Assembly (NCBI GenBank): GCA_030867685.1 | Contig: JAQOWU010000008.1 | Span: forward strand, 4,402,001 to 4,466,000 | DNA from: Wickerhamiella versatilis | Lineage: Eukaryota | Direction: 5' to 3' | Length of the DNA: 64,000 nt | Part shown: positions 11,195-21,345 of the stretch, in pieces | How positions within the stretch are numbered: position 1 is the first letter of the stretch | Layout of the letters: every line of letters starts with the position of its first letter | Position numbers and translations under genes: made by a program | Notes under the pieces: generated by a model | Databases searched by the model: none | What the model saw: only the letters and a program-made list of their open reading frames with translations | What the model was told of the DNA's origin: nothing

Positions 11195-11917
11195 ATGAAT
11201 TTTTTGCTATTTCTTTCACTTGGCGCGGTCGTCACTGCTGATCTCACTGCCGATATATCATCAGCTACCGAAACTGCGGGTTCGCTTTCAAGTGCTATAA
11301 GTAGCTGGTCTTCAGATGATGGCTTGCTCGGTGCATTGCCAATCCAGAGTCTTTTCCAGCCAATGCTTAACGCTGTAGGTGCCATCTCTTCCGATGCGGG
11401 TGGAGCTAATCCTAATGATATAGGATCTTTTGCCACCCTCGAGTCGTCCACGATCGCCCTTTTGCAAGCCCTCGTGGATAAGGCGGATGATTTTGACAGC
11501 GCAGGGGCGTCAAACATTGTTGACGGTGCTGTTTCAAGTATCGCCAGTGCTGCTAGTGGTGCGTTAACGAATGTAGCCAGTGCTATGAGTAGCCAGGACT
11601 TGTCCGGCGAGGAAGCAAGTTCGATGGGCAGCATCATGTCAGTATTCTCCGCAGGGTTCTATACAATTGGTTCAGTTTTTGATCAAAATTTACCACAGTT
11701 CCCTACTTTCCAGTATAATGGTCAAAACAATTCCTCTAACCAAGCACAGGCCACTTTCGCATCTACTCCTGCATCTTCATCTGATGGAGTATTAGACCTG
11801 GACGCCTCGTCAAAGAAGACTAGCTCGTCCACAAGCTCATCCGGTCAGAGTAATGGTGTTTCAAAACTTACAATTGCTGGAGGTGCTACATTTATTCTTG
11901 CACTTTATCTGATGTAA
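11195..11917 (+). CDS. GPI-anchored HsbA-like (hydrophobic surface binding) cell-wall protein
   Basis: Signal peptide, helical Ala/Ser-rich domain with GLLGALPI, Ser-rich stalk, SNG plus hydrophobic C-terminal GPI signal. Alternative start at 11180. Confidence 0.7.
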   Translation: MNFLLFLSLGAVVTADLTADISSATETAGSLSSAISSWSSDDGLLGALPIQSLFQPMLNAVGAISSDAGGANPNDIGSFATLESSTIALLQALVDKADDFDSAGASNIVDGAVSSIASAASGALTNVASAMSSQDLSGEEASSMGSIMSVFSAGFYTIGSVFDQNLPQFPTFQYNGQNNSSNQAQATFASTPASSSDGVLDLDASSKKTSSSTSSSGQSNGVSKLTIAGGATFILALYLM

Positions 11918-12651
11918 GAGGTTTTTTTATTTCTTGACATTACCCTTAGCATTTCGTTGCATTCGAACCCAAAATCTTTTTTCTGCATAGAATTTTTTTC
12001 TAGTGTTTTTAACTACGTGGATCATCTTTTTCATCTTGCATGACTGACAAAAGATCAGTCAAGGTGGGGAATAGATGTATCGCACATGAGAATCAGACGG
12101 AACCCCAGCATAGTGAATGATAAGATATATATCAAGCTAGTAGCATCCATCTGTAATGAAGTGACACCATAAAGAGATACTCTCTTTGACTTATACATGA
12201 TACTATATACATATGATCCCCTACCTGACATTGATCGGTCATGTGTATACCCACTCACTCTAAGCTGGGAGGCTAGGATTGGGTAGTTGCCCTGAGTTCA
12301 ATTTCTCCCAGTGTCTGAAGCTTATATATTCCACCTATCGCATCATGTGTTCTTGGCAAGGCAGAAGCCAATCCCACAACCTTGAAAAGTTGTACAAGGT
12401 TTGCACCTAGGAGATGAGCTCCATGGATTCAGAGGTCAACGCAAGCATTGATTCCCATGGCTTTGGCGAAGGACTACATTTATCTTGCAATAAAGAAGCT
12501 GGAAGATCTTAAACAGTTGAATTTTGATAATTGACTTACTATATCGTTATTGTTATATGTCACGGATACATGCATTTACTCGCATAGAAAACATGATATG
12601 GAAATGAGCATATTTTCGCGATACTCTCATTCAAAAAATTGAGAATCCAAT

Positions 12652-14157
12652 CTACACTCGTTTATGAACACCAATACCAGAAGAAATCTGTCCAATACGT
12701 ACACTCTTGACTTCAGTATAATTGTTCAGAACCTCTGCACCAAGCTCCCGGCCATGACCAGATTCTTTGAACCCACCAAAAGGCATGTGGTAAGAAATCA
12801 CATTATAAGAATTCACCCAAATTGTTCCTGCTTTCAAGCGGTTAGCCACATAAAGTGCACGATTCAGGTTTGTGGTATGCACGCCGGCAGCAAGACCATA
12901 CTTGGTATCGTTGGCCATATGGATAACTTCATCAACAGTATCAAAGGAAATTGCTGCAAGAACAGGCCCAAAAATCTCTTCCTGCGCAATTCTATGGTGA
13001 TTCTTCACATCAAAAAATACAGTGGGTTCCACGAAGTAGCCATTGCTCCCTCTCCGCTGACCACCGGTAAGAATGTGCGCCTCCTGTTTTCCGCTTTCAA
13101 TGTATTCGAGAATTTTTTCAAACTGTTCTTTATTGGTTTGTGCACCATAGAAACTTTCTGGATGGTATGGGTCACCAATATTAACGTGGCTTACCCTAGT
13201 CTTTAACGCAGCGAGGAACTTGTCTTTGATCCCTGATTGTACGAAAAGCCGTGTACCTGCACAGCACACCTCACCTTGATTATAGAAGATCCCCAATATC
13301 ACTGACTCAATAGCTTGATCAAAGTCAGCATCGTCAAACACAATATTGGGACTCTTACCACCGAGCTCAAGGGTGACCCTTTTAAGATTCGACTTGGCAG
13401 AAGCTTCCAGAACCTTACGACCAGTGGCCGTTGAGCCGGTGAAGGCGACCTTTGCGATATTCGGATGAGAAGAAATGTAAGCGCCCACACCACCAAAACC
13501 GGAAATGATGTTAACAACCCCCTTGGGTACTCCTGCCTCCTCCATAAGGCTGCCAAATAGTAGCGCAGTAAGTGGAGTAGACTCAGCACTCTTGAGAATA
13601 ACAGTATTTCCGCAGGCTAAAGCCGGTGCGATTTTCCACGCTAGCATCAGCAGCGGAAAGTTCCAGGGGATAACCATACCACAAATACCTACCGGCTCAC
13701 GACGGGTGTAGTTGAAAGAATCTGAGTCAACGTCGACAACCTTGCCAAAATGTTTACCGACGAAACCAGCATAATAACGGAATGTCCCAATGACGCCAGC
13801 CACATCATCATTAGACATCGCGAGAGTCTTTCCGTTGTCCCATGTTTCCAAGGCTGCAAAAACATCTTTGTGCTTGTCAAGCAATTCAGCGATCTTATAA
13901 AGTATAGACGACCGATCATCCACACCAAGGTTCTCCCAGTCTTCAGTAGCTTTCTCTGCCGCGGCAACAGCAGCATCAATATCCTCTTCACCCGCCTCAG
14001 CAATAGAAACAATGACTTCTTCCGTAGAGGGAGAAATCACGTCGAATGTTTTTCCGGACTTTGCGGCCACAAACTCGCCATTGATGAACAGTCCAGTGGG
14101 CTGCGCATATTTAACACCATTTGGTGTAACCAAGTTCGAGAAGTGCTGTGCTCCCAT
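12652..14157 (-). CDS. NAD(P)-dependent aldehyde dehydrogenase (fungal ALD family)
   Basis: IPWNFP, FTGS, LELGGKSP, catalytic GEVCCAG, EEIFGP motifs. Confidence 0.97.
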   Translation of the reverse strand: MGAQHFSNLVTPNGVKYAQPTGLFINGEFVAAKSGKTFDVISPSTEEVIVSIAEAGEEDIDAAVAAAEKATEDWENLGVDDRSSILYKIAELLDKHKDVFAALETWDNGKTLAMSNDDVAGVIGTFRYYAGFVGKHFGKVVDVDSDSFNYTRREPVGICGMVIPWNFPLLMLAWKIAPALACGNTVILKSAESTPLTALLFGSLMEEAGVPKGVVNIISGFGGVGAYISSHPNIAKVAFTGSTATGRKVLEASAKSNLKRVTLELGGKSPNIVFDDADFDQAIESVILGIFYNQGEVCCAGTRLFVQSGIKDKFLAALKTRVSHVNIGDPYHPESFYGAQTNKEQFEKILEYIESGKQEAHILTGGQRRGSNGYFVEPTVFFDVKNHHRIAQEEIFGPVLAAISFDTVDEVIHMANDTKYGLAAGVHTTNLNRALYVANRLKAGTIWVNSYNVISYHMPFGGFKESGHGRELGAEVLNNYTEVKSVRIGQISSGIGVHKRV

Positions 14158-14200
14158 ATTACTTTATGATTTGAGATCGAGGAATTGGTCGAGCTTTAAC

Positions 14201-14246
14201 TTTATATAGTTGCCCGACCCCCAGCCCGACCCCCAGCCCCTACCCC
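14201..14246 (-). promoter_or_regulatory. ALD promoter: six G-tracts (G4-like, with STRE/Mig1-like sites) abutting a TATA box
   Basis: Minus strand reads GGGGTAGGGGCTGGGGGTCGGGCTGGGGGTCGGGCAACTATATAAA, about 45 bp upstream of the ATG. Confidence 0.6.
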
Positions 14247-15036
14247 TGGTAGCCATGATCGGCGCTTACCCGATGATAGTCATCACGTGTAAATCATATA
14301 CAAATAGGCTTGATAGCCTTCTAAATTGATTGTTTACACTGAAGAGGGAGTACTTGGCACCGCACAATTATTTTGGTATGCTGGTAAGTTGTCTCAAGCT
14401 TTCGGAGACCTTTATTATAGCAATACCTCCCAGTTTATAACTTTTCTGTCTTTCGTGGGCTGAAGCTCTGAGTGTAGGATCCGGTCCGACTTCGGGCATG
14501 TTCCATATTGAACGCGGGGTAGCATCTTGATCAACGTGCAGATACCCTAGGTCCTGCATCTGGGCTCATGGATAGGGTGGATACGGGACAAAATCGGGTG
14601 GTTCATGTTTGATTAATAGAATACCTGTACATATTTTAATGAAATAAGCCTACTTATTTATCATAAGTGGATATGCGAGCATTTACTAGCAGTATACTGG
14701 ATAGTAACCGATCTATTGTGCGTCAGGATCTTGGTAGTGTTTGCCAAAAAATCCTGAGATGGGGACGTTTCTAGATAGATTTTTTTTTCTATACATCAAT
14801 ATCGCCAAGCAATCTTCGAGCTTGTTTGTGCACTCCAATGTAAGATAACTACGGACTGCTCGGTCTTGAAGATTGCATCCGTGTCTGCGTGTCTGCGAGC
14901 ATCTGCAAGAAGCAGACTTCACTAATAATAACGACTGATATGACGGTAGCAGTATATAGGCTACAAAAAGTCTATATGACATCTTTATTTGGTGTCTTTC
15001 CGCCAAATACGACGTAGCCACATTTTGTCTAACACT

Positions 15037-17124
15037 CTACCACACAGCACCCTCTGCCAGAAGCAAGATACCACGCGTCGACGCATATTCTGAGCCCTGC
15101 CGCAGGTAAAGTTTCACTACACGACCTTGCTTGTGCAATGGTACGAAAATAAAGCGTAAGAGATCTGGTTTGCGTCTATAATTCAAAGATTGACGTGTTC
15201 TACAAGTGCTGATGCCATTCTTTTCTGGAGAGGCAACAAGAGACCTTACACGGTCCAAGGCCTCGTTGTCGTATAATTGTATGAGGTAGAGAGACTCCTG
15301 CTCAAGACCAGAAGCCTTTGAATAGTTTAATATAGATTGTTTTGTGGTGATCCCAAGTGAACGCGCCACTTCTGTTACAAACACACTGCTTAGTATGCCC
15401 CTTATTAGGGCCAGAAAAAGCCTAGACTTGAACTTCTTACACCCATAGCTCTCGATAATGCCCGCCAGGAAAGACTCGCGCCACGCTACTGGGGCACTAA
15501 ACAGCCATTCAGGGTTACACCGGCCAGAACCTTTGTCAATTTCGCGAATGCCAGATATTGCTAACAGTATCCAGATATTACGGTACTTCGATACATATAG
15601 TGACTGGTTTCCATAATGGACAATGATGTTTACAAAGTCTTGACTGAAATTACTGGAATTGCTGGAAGATATAGGGTCTTTACCAGTTTTCCGCCTGTGT
15701 TTCCTATTCTTTTCCCGACGTTTACGTGCACGCTCCTGTGTATAATTTAACAATTTTCGAAATCGTATACGACTAGCGTCTTTGGGGTGGATAAGATCTA
15801 TACCGAATTTCTCCCATTCCTTAGATTGCCAATAGCTTTCCAGTTTTTCTTCTCGTATAGGGCGATGTTCAAGATCGCAGTTAAGATCCAGACTCGTCCC
15901 AACCTCTGCCAGTCTCACTATTGATTCCTCATCCGTGGATTTAGCTGCAATCGAGAAATTACCCACACGACCACCGCCAAGCCAAGCACCAGCTAAATAC
16001 AAAAAGTCCTCCATTCTTCCTTGTGAAAAGCCACAATGCCGGAGAGCACTCTCCAATATCTCTCGAGTAAAACTTCTGAAACTATTGCGGGTCGAATTGT
16101 CCTCAACGATACTTGCAGGAATCCTGTAGTAATTACGCAGATCTAGGTTAGGGGTTGTTGCTCGAATATTAGCTGAAATGCGCTCCCTTTCCACGTCATT
16201 AAGTTTAATATTCTCAGTGGGGTCTTTATAGGTTACTAAATCCCGTGCCTCAGGATACCAAAAAATCTTGTCACACTTTTGACCACCGTAATGTCTGGGT
16301 ATCTTTGCATCAACTTTTTCGGCCAACTTTGATTGAGCAATTTCCCGGACCACAGCTGCAGAAGAAGTAAAATTTTCTTCCGGTTCAGGCATGCATTGCT
16401 CAGACAATAGAGTCTGATGTGCTTTGGTTACATACCTAGTGTCGCCACTTTGATCAACCACACCTTCGCGAACAAGATGGCGGTAAGCTACATCGTATCT
16501 TGGATTCTCATGACTATCATCATGGTCCACGAAACTATAGGAATTGAGATCACATTGATCAATACACACCTCGAATTGCTGAGCTGCTCCTACAACAACA
16601 CTCTGGTGGCAAAAGTCACTACGACATTTCGAGGTACTATACTCTGATACCTCATAAAGCTCACTCCATCCAACCTCGACATTTTCGACCTCCTGAGGGG
16701 TACCATAGCGATCGAGGACATAGTCGCCAGCTGAGATATCCTTGATCATTTTGGCGCTTCCGTCAGCCATTCGTACAAGTGTATGTTCCTCAACGCCCGA
16801 AGAAACCTCAGTGGGCTCAAAGTGCTCATGAGGTGATAACGCATCATCATCAACACGAATGCAACTGCGATCTATCACTTTTTCGAGACCTTCGCCCAGA
16901 AATGCCAACTCCTGTAAGTCTTCATCCTCTGAAGAGTGAGCTTCGGCATCATCCATTGGCACGTCGATATTTTCAAATTCTGGGGTTATAGTGATATCAG
17001 TAGGTGTTCTATCTATCTGTGAGCTGCTCGACTCGCCCTCCAGTGTGACCTGCAAACCCATTAATTGGCCATTCGTCTTCTCCCTGAGGCCCCACATCTC
17101 AATAATGTCACCGTCTCTCAACAT
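15037..17124 (-). CDS. Free-standing HO/VDE(PI-SceI)-like Hint + LAGLIDADG homing-endonuclease-derived protein, catalytically degenerate
   Basis: TLVRMADGSAKMIKDISAGDYVLDRYGTPQEV (Hint N-terminus), W.PEARDL, YLAGAWLGGG and PEWL...RESFLAGIIESYG (two LAGLIDADG-like helices), VARSLGI. Confidence 0.85.
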   Translation of the reverse strand: MLRDGDIIEMWGLREKTNGQLMGLQVTLEGESSSSQIDRTPTDITITPEFENIDVPMDDAEAHSSEDEDLQELAFLGEGLEKVIDRSCIRVDDDALSPHEHFEPTEVSSGVEEHTLVRMADGSAKMIKDISAGDYVLDRYGTPQEVENVEVGWSELYEVSEYSTSKCRSDFCHQSVVVGAAQQFEVCIDQCDLNSYSFVDHDDSHENPRYDVAYRHLVREGVVDQSGDTRYVTKAHQTLLSEQCMPEPEENFTSSAAVVREIAQSKLAEKVDAKIPRHYGGQKCDKIFWYPEARDLVTYKDPTENIKLNDVERERISANIRATTPNLDLRNYYRIPASIVEDNSTRNSFRSFTREILESALRHCGFSQGRMEDFLYLAGAWLGGGRVGNFSIAAKSTDEESIVRLAEVGTSLDLNCDLEHRPIREEKLESYWQSKEWEKFGIDLIHPKDASRIRFRKLLNYTQERARKRREKNRKHRRKTGKDPISSSNSSNFSQDFVNIIVHYGNQSLYVSKYRNIWILLAISGIREIDKGSGRCNPEWLFSAPVAWRESFLAGIIESYGCKKFKSRLFLALIRGILSSVFVTEVARSLGITTKQSILNYSKASGLEQESLYLIQLYDNEALDRVRSLVASPEKNGISTCRTRQSLNYRRKPDLLRFIFVPLHKQGRVVKLYLRQGSEYASTRGILLLAEGAVW

Positions 17125-17937
17125 ATTGTGGTAAAAAGCTACTCCATGGAACAGTGGTTATTTAAGTATCATCCTTGGTGGATGGTGGGTGCTTACTACG
17201 AGGGTCCCACCGCTCTCCAGGATGGTGGTAGCACCTTTTACCATAAAGAGAGGGAATTATTTTCGAGAGAATCGATTCATTTTTTGGTCTATGGGCTGGT
17301 TCCCCCGAGCACCCAGTACCTCAGCCCCGTAAAATATGGAACTATGAATCTAAACCAAACCAACCCCATGACCTGCTATTACTAACATTAAGGTTATAGA
17401 TATCTCAATTGATCGATACTCGATTCGTTGTTAAAAATCATTGTCTGGTATAAGTTGCTGGATCTCTGGACTTCCAAACACGAGAACGACGATATAAGTT
17501 GGTCAGGGAACGAAAAGCTTATTGATATACGCTCTCGTGGGACTAATCCCGGACGACGGAAAAATGTTTTTAGCTTTCTCAGCGCACCTCGTAATACCAA
17601 TATATAGTGTTCTGAGACAAGTCCATGAAGAATTTAGCTACATTTATCTGGTTAATTGTATTGAGTACCCAGAGTACTTTATAATTGGCTGGTATGTTTA
17701 TTAAGTTCACACTCAGAATATGCATCTATACGAAGATGTTCTCAACCAATCCTTTAATAAGTCAAGTTTAACAGTATAATCTTATATTAACACCTACTCA
17801 ATAAGAGAACGACGGGCACCCGGTGCGGTACAGCACAGCAGTGAACATCACACAGGCTTCTAATCAATCATTAATGATGACAAATAAAAACGTTTGCTGT
17901 AATAGTATAACCTGGCCCTGATTAAGGACTCTACCTC

Positions 17938-18972
17938 ATGACATTTGTTTTCTTCTTCACTGGAGCGACTGGATACATTGGTGGCACTGTATTAGCCCGG
18001 TTCTTTACTGAACTTAGTACTAAGGATTCACCATTAAAAGATTTTGAATTTCGCGTCCTTGTTCGCTCTGGAAATAAAAAAGATAGGCTAAGTGACTGGC
18101 TAGCCCTGAGAAAACGGAGTGAAAAGGTAACGTTTGTTGACGGTAGTCTCGATGACTTGGACCTACTCGAGCGCGAGGCAGCCAGTGCCGATGCTGTTAT
18201 CGACACGGCCGATTGTGATCACATGGCTGGTGTAACCGCCCTCGCCAAGGGTTGTACGGCAGGAGGCACCCTATTTCTTCACACAAGTGGGTGTAGTGCT
18301 CTTCTTGATGAGGAGCATGGGAATGCCCTCAATCCGAAAATATACTATGATGACCGCCCTGAGGACATTGCATCCATTCCCAGCACGGGTCCCCATCGGG
18401 ATGTCGACGAAATGATAAACCGGGTAACTCAAGGAGCCAATGTTGCAACGATAGCGCCTCCACTCATATGGGGCTGTGGTGTCGGAATCAACATTCACAG
18501 CTTCCAGACACCGTACTTAACTCGAAGGGCAATTGAGAATCGTCAGGCATATCACGATGGGCAAGGCATATCTAGATGGGGTCAAATACATGTATGGGAC
18601 TTGGCACTAGCCTATTGGATCCTATTCAAGGCCATGTTCGCAGAGCCGAAGAAGCACAATGGCTTCTACTTTTGCGAGAATGGAGAGTTTGAGTGGAAGT
18701 TCGTGACCCAAGCGATTCAAGAAGGTCTGATCATCAATGCCCTCGCAGAGCCTGGTACCACTTCCCTTGATGCCGACGAAGTGGCTCGGAAGGAGAAATT
18801 GAAGCTTCCGATAGGAGGTATAGCACCCGATTTTGTTGTTTCAGGCAATAGCCGCAATAAAGCAGTGTTGTTAAGGCAATTAGGGTGGGAGCCACATTAT
18901 AGTTCGATGCAAAGCTTCAAGGACTGGCTGGTTACAGAGGTAGGGTTAATACTTGGGGAGGAATATATGTGA
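17938..18972 (+). CDS. NAD(P)-binding epimerase/dehydratase-like atypical SDR
   Basis: FFTGATGYIGGTVL, HTSG, PPLIWG, IHVWDLA, LGWEP motifs. Confidence 0.85.
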   Translation: MTFVFFFTGATGYIGGTVLARFFTELSTKDSPLKDFEFRVLVRSGNKKDRLSDWLALRKRSEKVTFVDGSLDDLDLLEREAASADAVIDTADCDHMAGVTALAKGCTAGGTLFLHTSGCSALLDEEHGNALNPKIYYDDRPEDIASIPSTGPHRDVDEMINRVTQGANVATIAPPLIWGCGVGINIHSFQTPYLTRRAIENRQAYHDGQGISRWGQIHVWDLALAYWILFKAMFAEPKKHNGFYFCENGEFEWKFVTQAIQEGLIINALAEPGTTSLDADEVARKEKLKLPIGGIAPDFVVSGNSRNKAVLLRQLGWEPHYSSMQSFKDWLVTEVGLILGEEYM

Positions 18973-19353
18973 GTTTATCACATTCAGAACTATGGTCATG
19001 GCGCAGCATTTTAAAGAAGATTATAAGTATAGGAAACAATTTTCGATTTAACGCTCTAAATGTCTCTGACGTTATTTGGACAGACTCGCTGGCACTTTTA
19101 ACCAAGCCATAGTCGTCCTTGACCATTTAAGTAGCGGTTTGGGCCATTTTTAACCACTTTTAGCGCTCCTCAGTACCTAAAGTAGCTATGAGCTACTGAA
19201 CTAAAGCCCCTGCAATTTTCGGCTCTACGGCTTATGTATATACATGTGATCTATGTATGTATAATTGGATTAAACTCTGTAGTGTGAGCTCGAGCATCCA
19301 AGTAATCACCTTGTGCATAATAGTGACATTACAGGTTACGGACAAAACGTCAA

Positions 19354-20181
19354 TTAAAGTGAGGTGCTCAGTGTCAAAAACGGCTCGAGGTATCGAGTAA
19401 TAATATCCACAACCACAGGGGCGTAGGTGTGCTTTTTTTCTTCCGAATTTTTTGGAGGTCCATAAAAGTTGTGATCCGCGCCACCCACTATTTCCAACGT
19501 ATGACGGCCTTGAAACTTTGCTGCCCAAATGAGTCCTTCGACCGGAGGAACAGTACGGTCTTCAGCCCCAAATATACTTAGTATCCGCGTATTTTCACTG
19601 AGAAGGCTCCAATTACGTGAATTGAAGGTTGAATTACTGATGAGTTCCGCTAATGGAATCCATTGCTTTGAATAATTTCCATAGCGCCTTGCTGTAATAT
19701 AGTGTCCACCATGAATCAGTATATCATAACCACGTCCTTTTAACGTCAACTCCGCATATTTTTCGACCTCGCATCTTCCTGAGCAGTTCACAAGACAGGG
19801 CAGCCTGTACCCATTTCTAATAGTCCAGTATATAGCGGCGGCAAATCCTCTACTATGACCCACTATAGTGAAGAGTACAAGACCCTTGGATTCAAAGTGA
19901 TTAACAACCTCTGAGATATCCTCGAAATCGGTGTGATACACAGTTCGTCCAGACGACTGAGGATTTGGGACCGGATCACTATCGCCACAGCTACGAAAGT
20001 CAAACCTAAACGTATAAACACCCAGACTATCAGCAAGTTTCTGACCAAGGAGTCGCTGATAGCAGTAATCCCTATGCCCAGCCAAACCATGTAGAATAAG
20101 CACTAACCGGTCAGAGGTAGGGAGATCAGGAGCAGCCAAGGTTCCCACTACCCGTCCAGTTCTGATCTCTGATTCTTTCAT
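19354..20181 (-). CDS. Alpha/beta hydrolase (esterase-like)
   Basis: LHGLAGH oxyanion motif, FDFRSCGDS, GHSRG nucleophile, D(RTVP), GADHNF catalytic His. First ATG at 20181. Confidence 0.88.
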   Translation of the reverse strand: MKESEIRTGRVVGTLAAPDLPTSDRLVLILHGLAGHRDYCYQRLLGQKLADSLGVYTFRFDFRSCGDSDPVPNPQSSGRTVYHTDFEDISEVVNHFESKGLVLFTIVGHSRGFAAAIYWTIRNGYRLPCLVNCSGRCEVEKYAELTLKGRGYDILIHGGHYITARRYGNYSKQWIPLAELISNSTFNSRNWSLLSENTRILSIFGAEDRTVPPVEGLIWAAKFQGRHTLEIVGGADHNFYGPPKNSEEKKHTYAPVVVDIITRYLEPFLTLSTSL

Positions 20182-21345
20182 TTTCTGAACTCCTTCTCTC
20201 AATGGCTGCTACTATCCCAGAGAGTGAGAGCGACAAAGACGCTGCTTATATGGTAATCCCCGCGAAACTCTCGATTACAAATTGAGGGGTCGCATTAGAG
20301 GACTCCACAATAAGACTAAACTAAACTGTAAGTGATATGAGACTGGAATTCTGGCTGTAAAATATCATCATGTACCTGAATCAGAATGAACTAAATTAGA
20401 CTGGATCCATCTAGGAGTGGTTCGCTAGTAGTGGTAATAATAAACATGATTTTGGAAAATGAATCATCATACAATTGAGCCATGTAGGAGATTCCATAAC
20501 TATTGCAAATTGGACGAGTCCTGGTGTCTAATTGATCATATTGTGCGTGATGCGATGGCATCCATACCCCGAGGTAGCTCGTCTAGTATTAATGTGGACC
20601 AATTCATGATTGAATGCCAAAACAAGAATAGATATAAATATTCATAAAGCCAAATATTTCTAAGTTCCAGGTTCTATCTTGTGTAAAATCTTCTTAAACT
20701 CAGCTTATATACTTTCTCTTTTTACCTGAGACATGTTCGACAATCCGAAAATAGTCCAGTACAATGACACTGATAATAGTCAGAAGAAAAATCGGCAGCT
20801 TAGCTTCTTTCTGCTGACTTTGAATGAAATCAATTGAAGTCAAATAGTGGGAAAAAAGGTACACGAAATTCGCAGAAAACCCACACTCACGAGATGATAG
20901 TATTAGCGGGAACTCTACATACCTACGCTGTTTTCAGAACAGTAGAACTCTTTCAAGTACTTGATCTGAGTCATATATAAGATAGTTGTTCATATATTTT
21001 GCGTATTAAACATGTGCTAGGGCGATTACCTCAGAATACAGGAAGCATGCAGCAATGTGCTTAGGGTCTTGTGAGGGGGAAGTTAATATAAACCTTTGAC
21101 ACTGAATGTATAGACCAACCAGTCGTAGATAGTCTGCCGCTCTTTTGATTTCCCGGAACCAGAGTGCCCAGCAAGCTACACATCTTTATCTTTGATCTAT
21201 AAGAGCCTAAAGTTAGTTGATGCTTCCTAAAAGCCGATGGGCCGCCTCCGATGATAAAAGACTGTCAGCATCACGTGCGGGGAATGAAATATAAATAAGA
21301 AAAAGGTCTTGAGAGCTCCAACCACACAGCCGCGAAAAGGGCAGG

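Noticed and set aside
15037..17124. An active intein inside VMA1 or another host gene, or an intact WHO element with FBA1 fragments
   Set aside because: No recognisable extein on either side, splice-junction residues are absent, and no FBA1 or duplicated ALD fragment is seen nearby.
17125..17260. Upstream in-frame segment MVKGATTILESGGTLVVSTHH...K*PLFHGVAFYHN, faintly like an ABC H-loop
   Set aside because: Short, interrupted by a stop, with no Walker motifs; probably chance.
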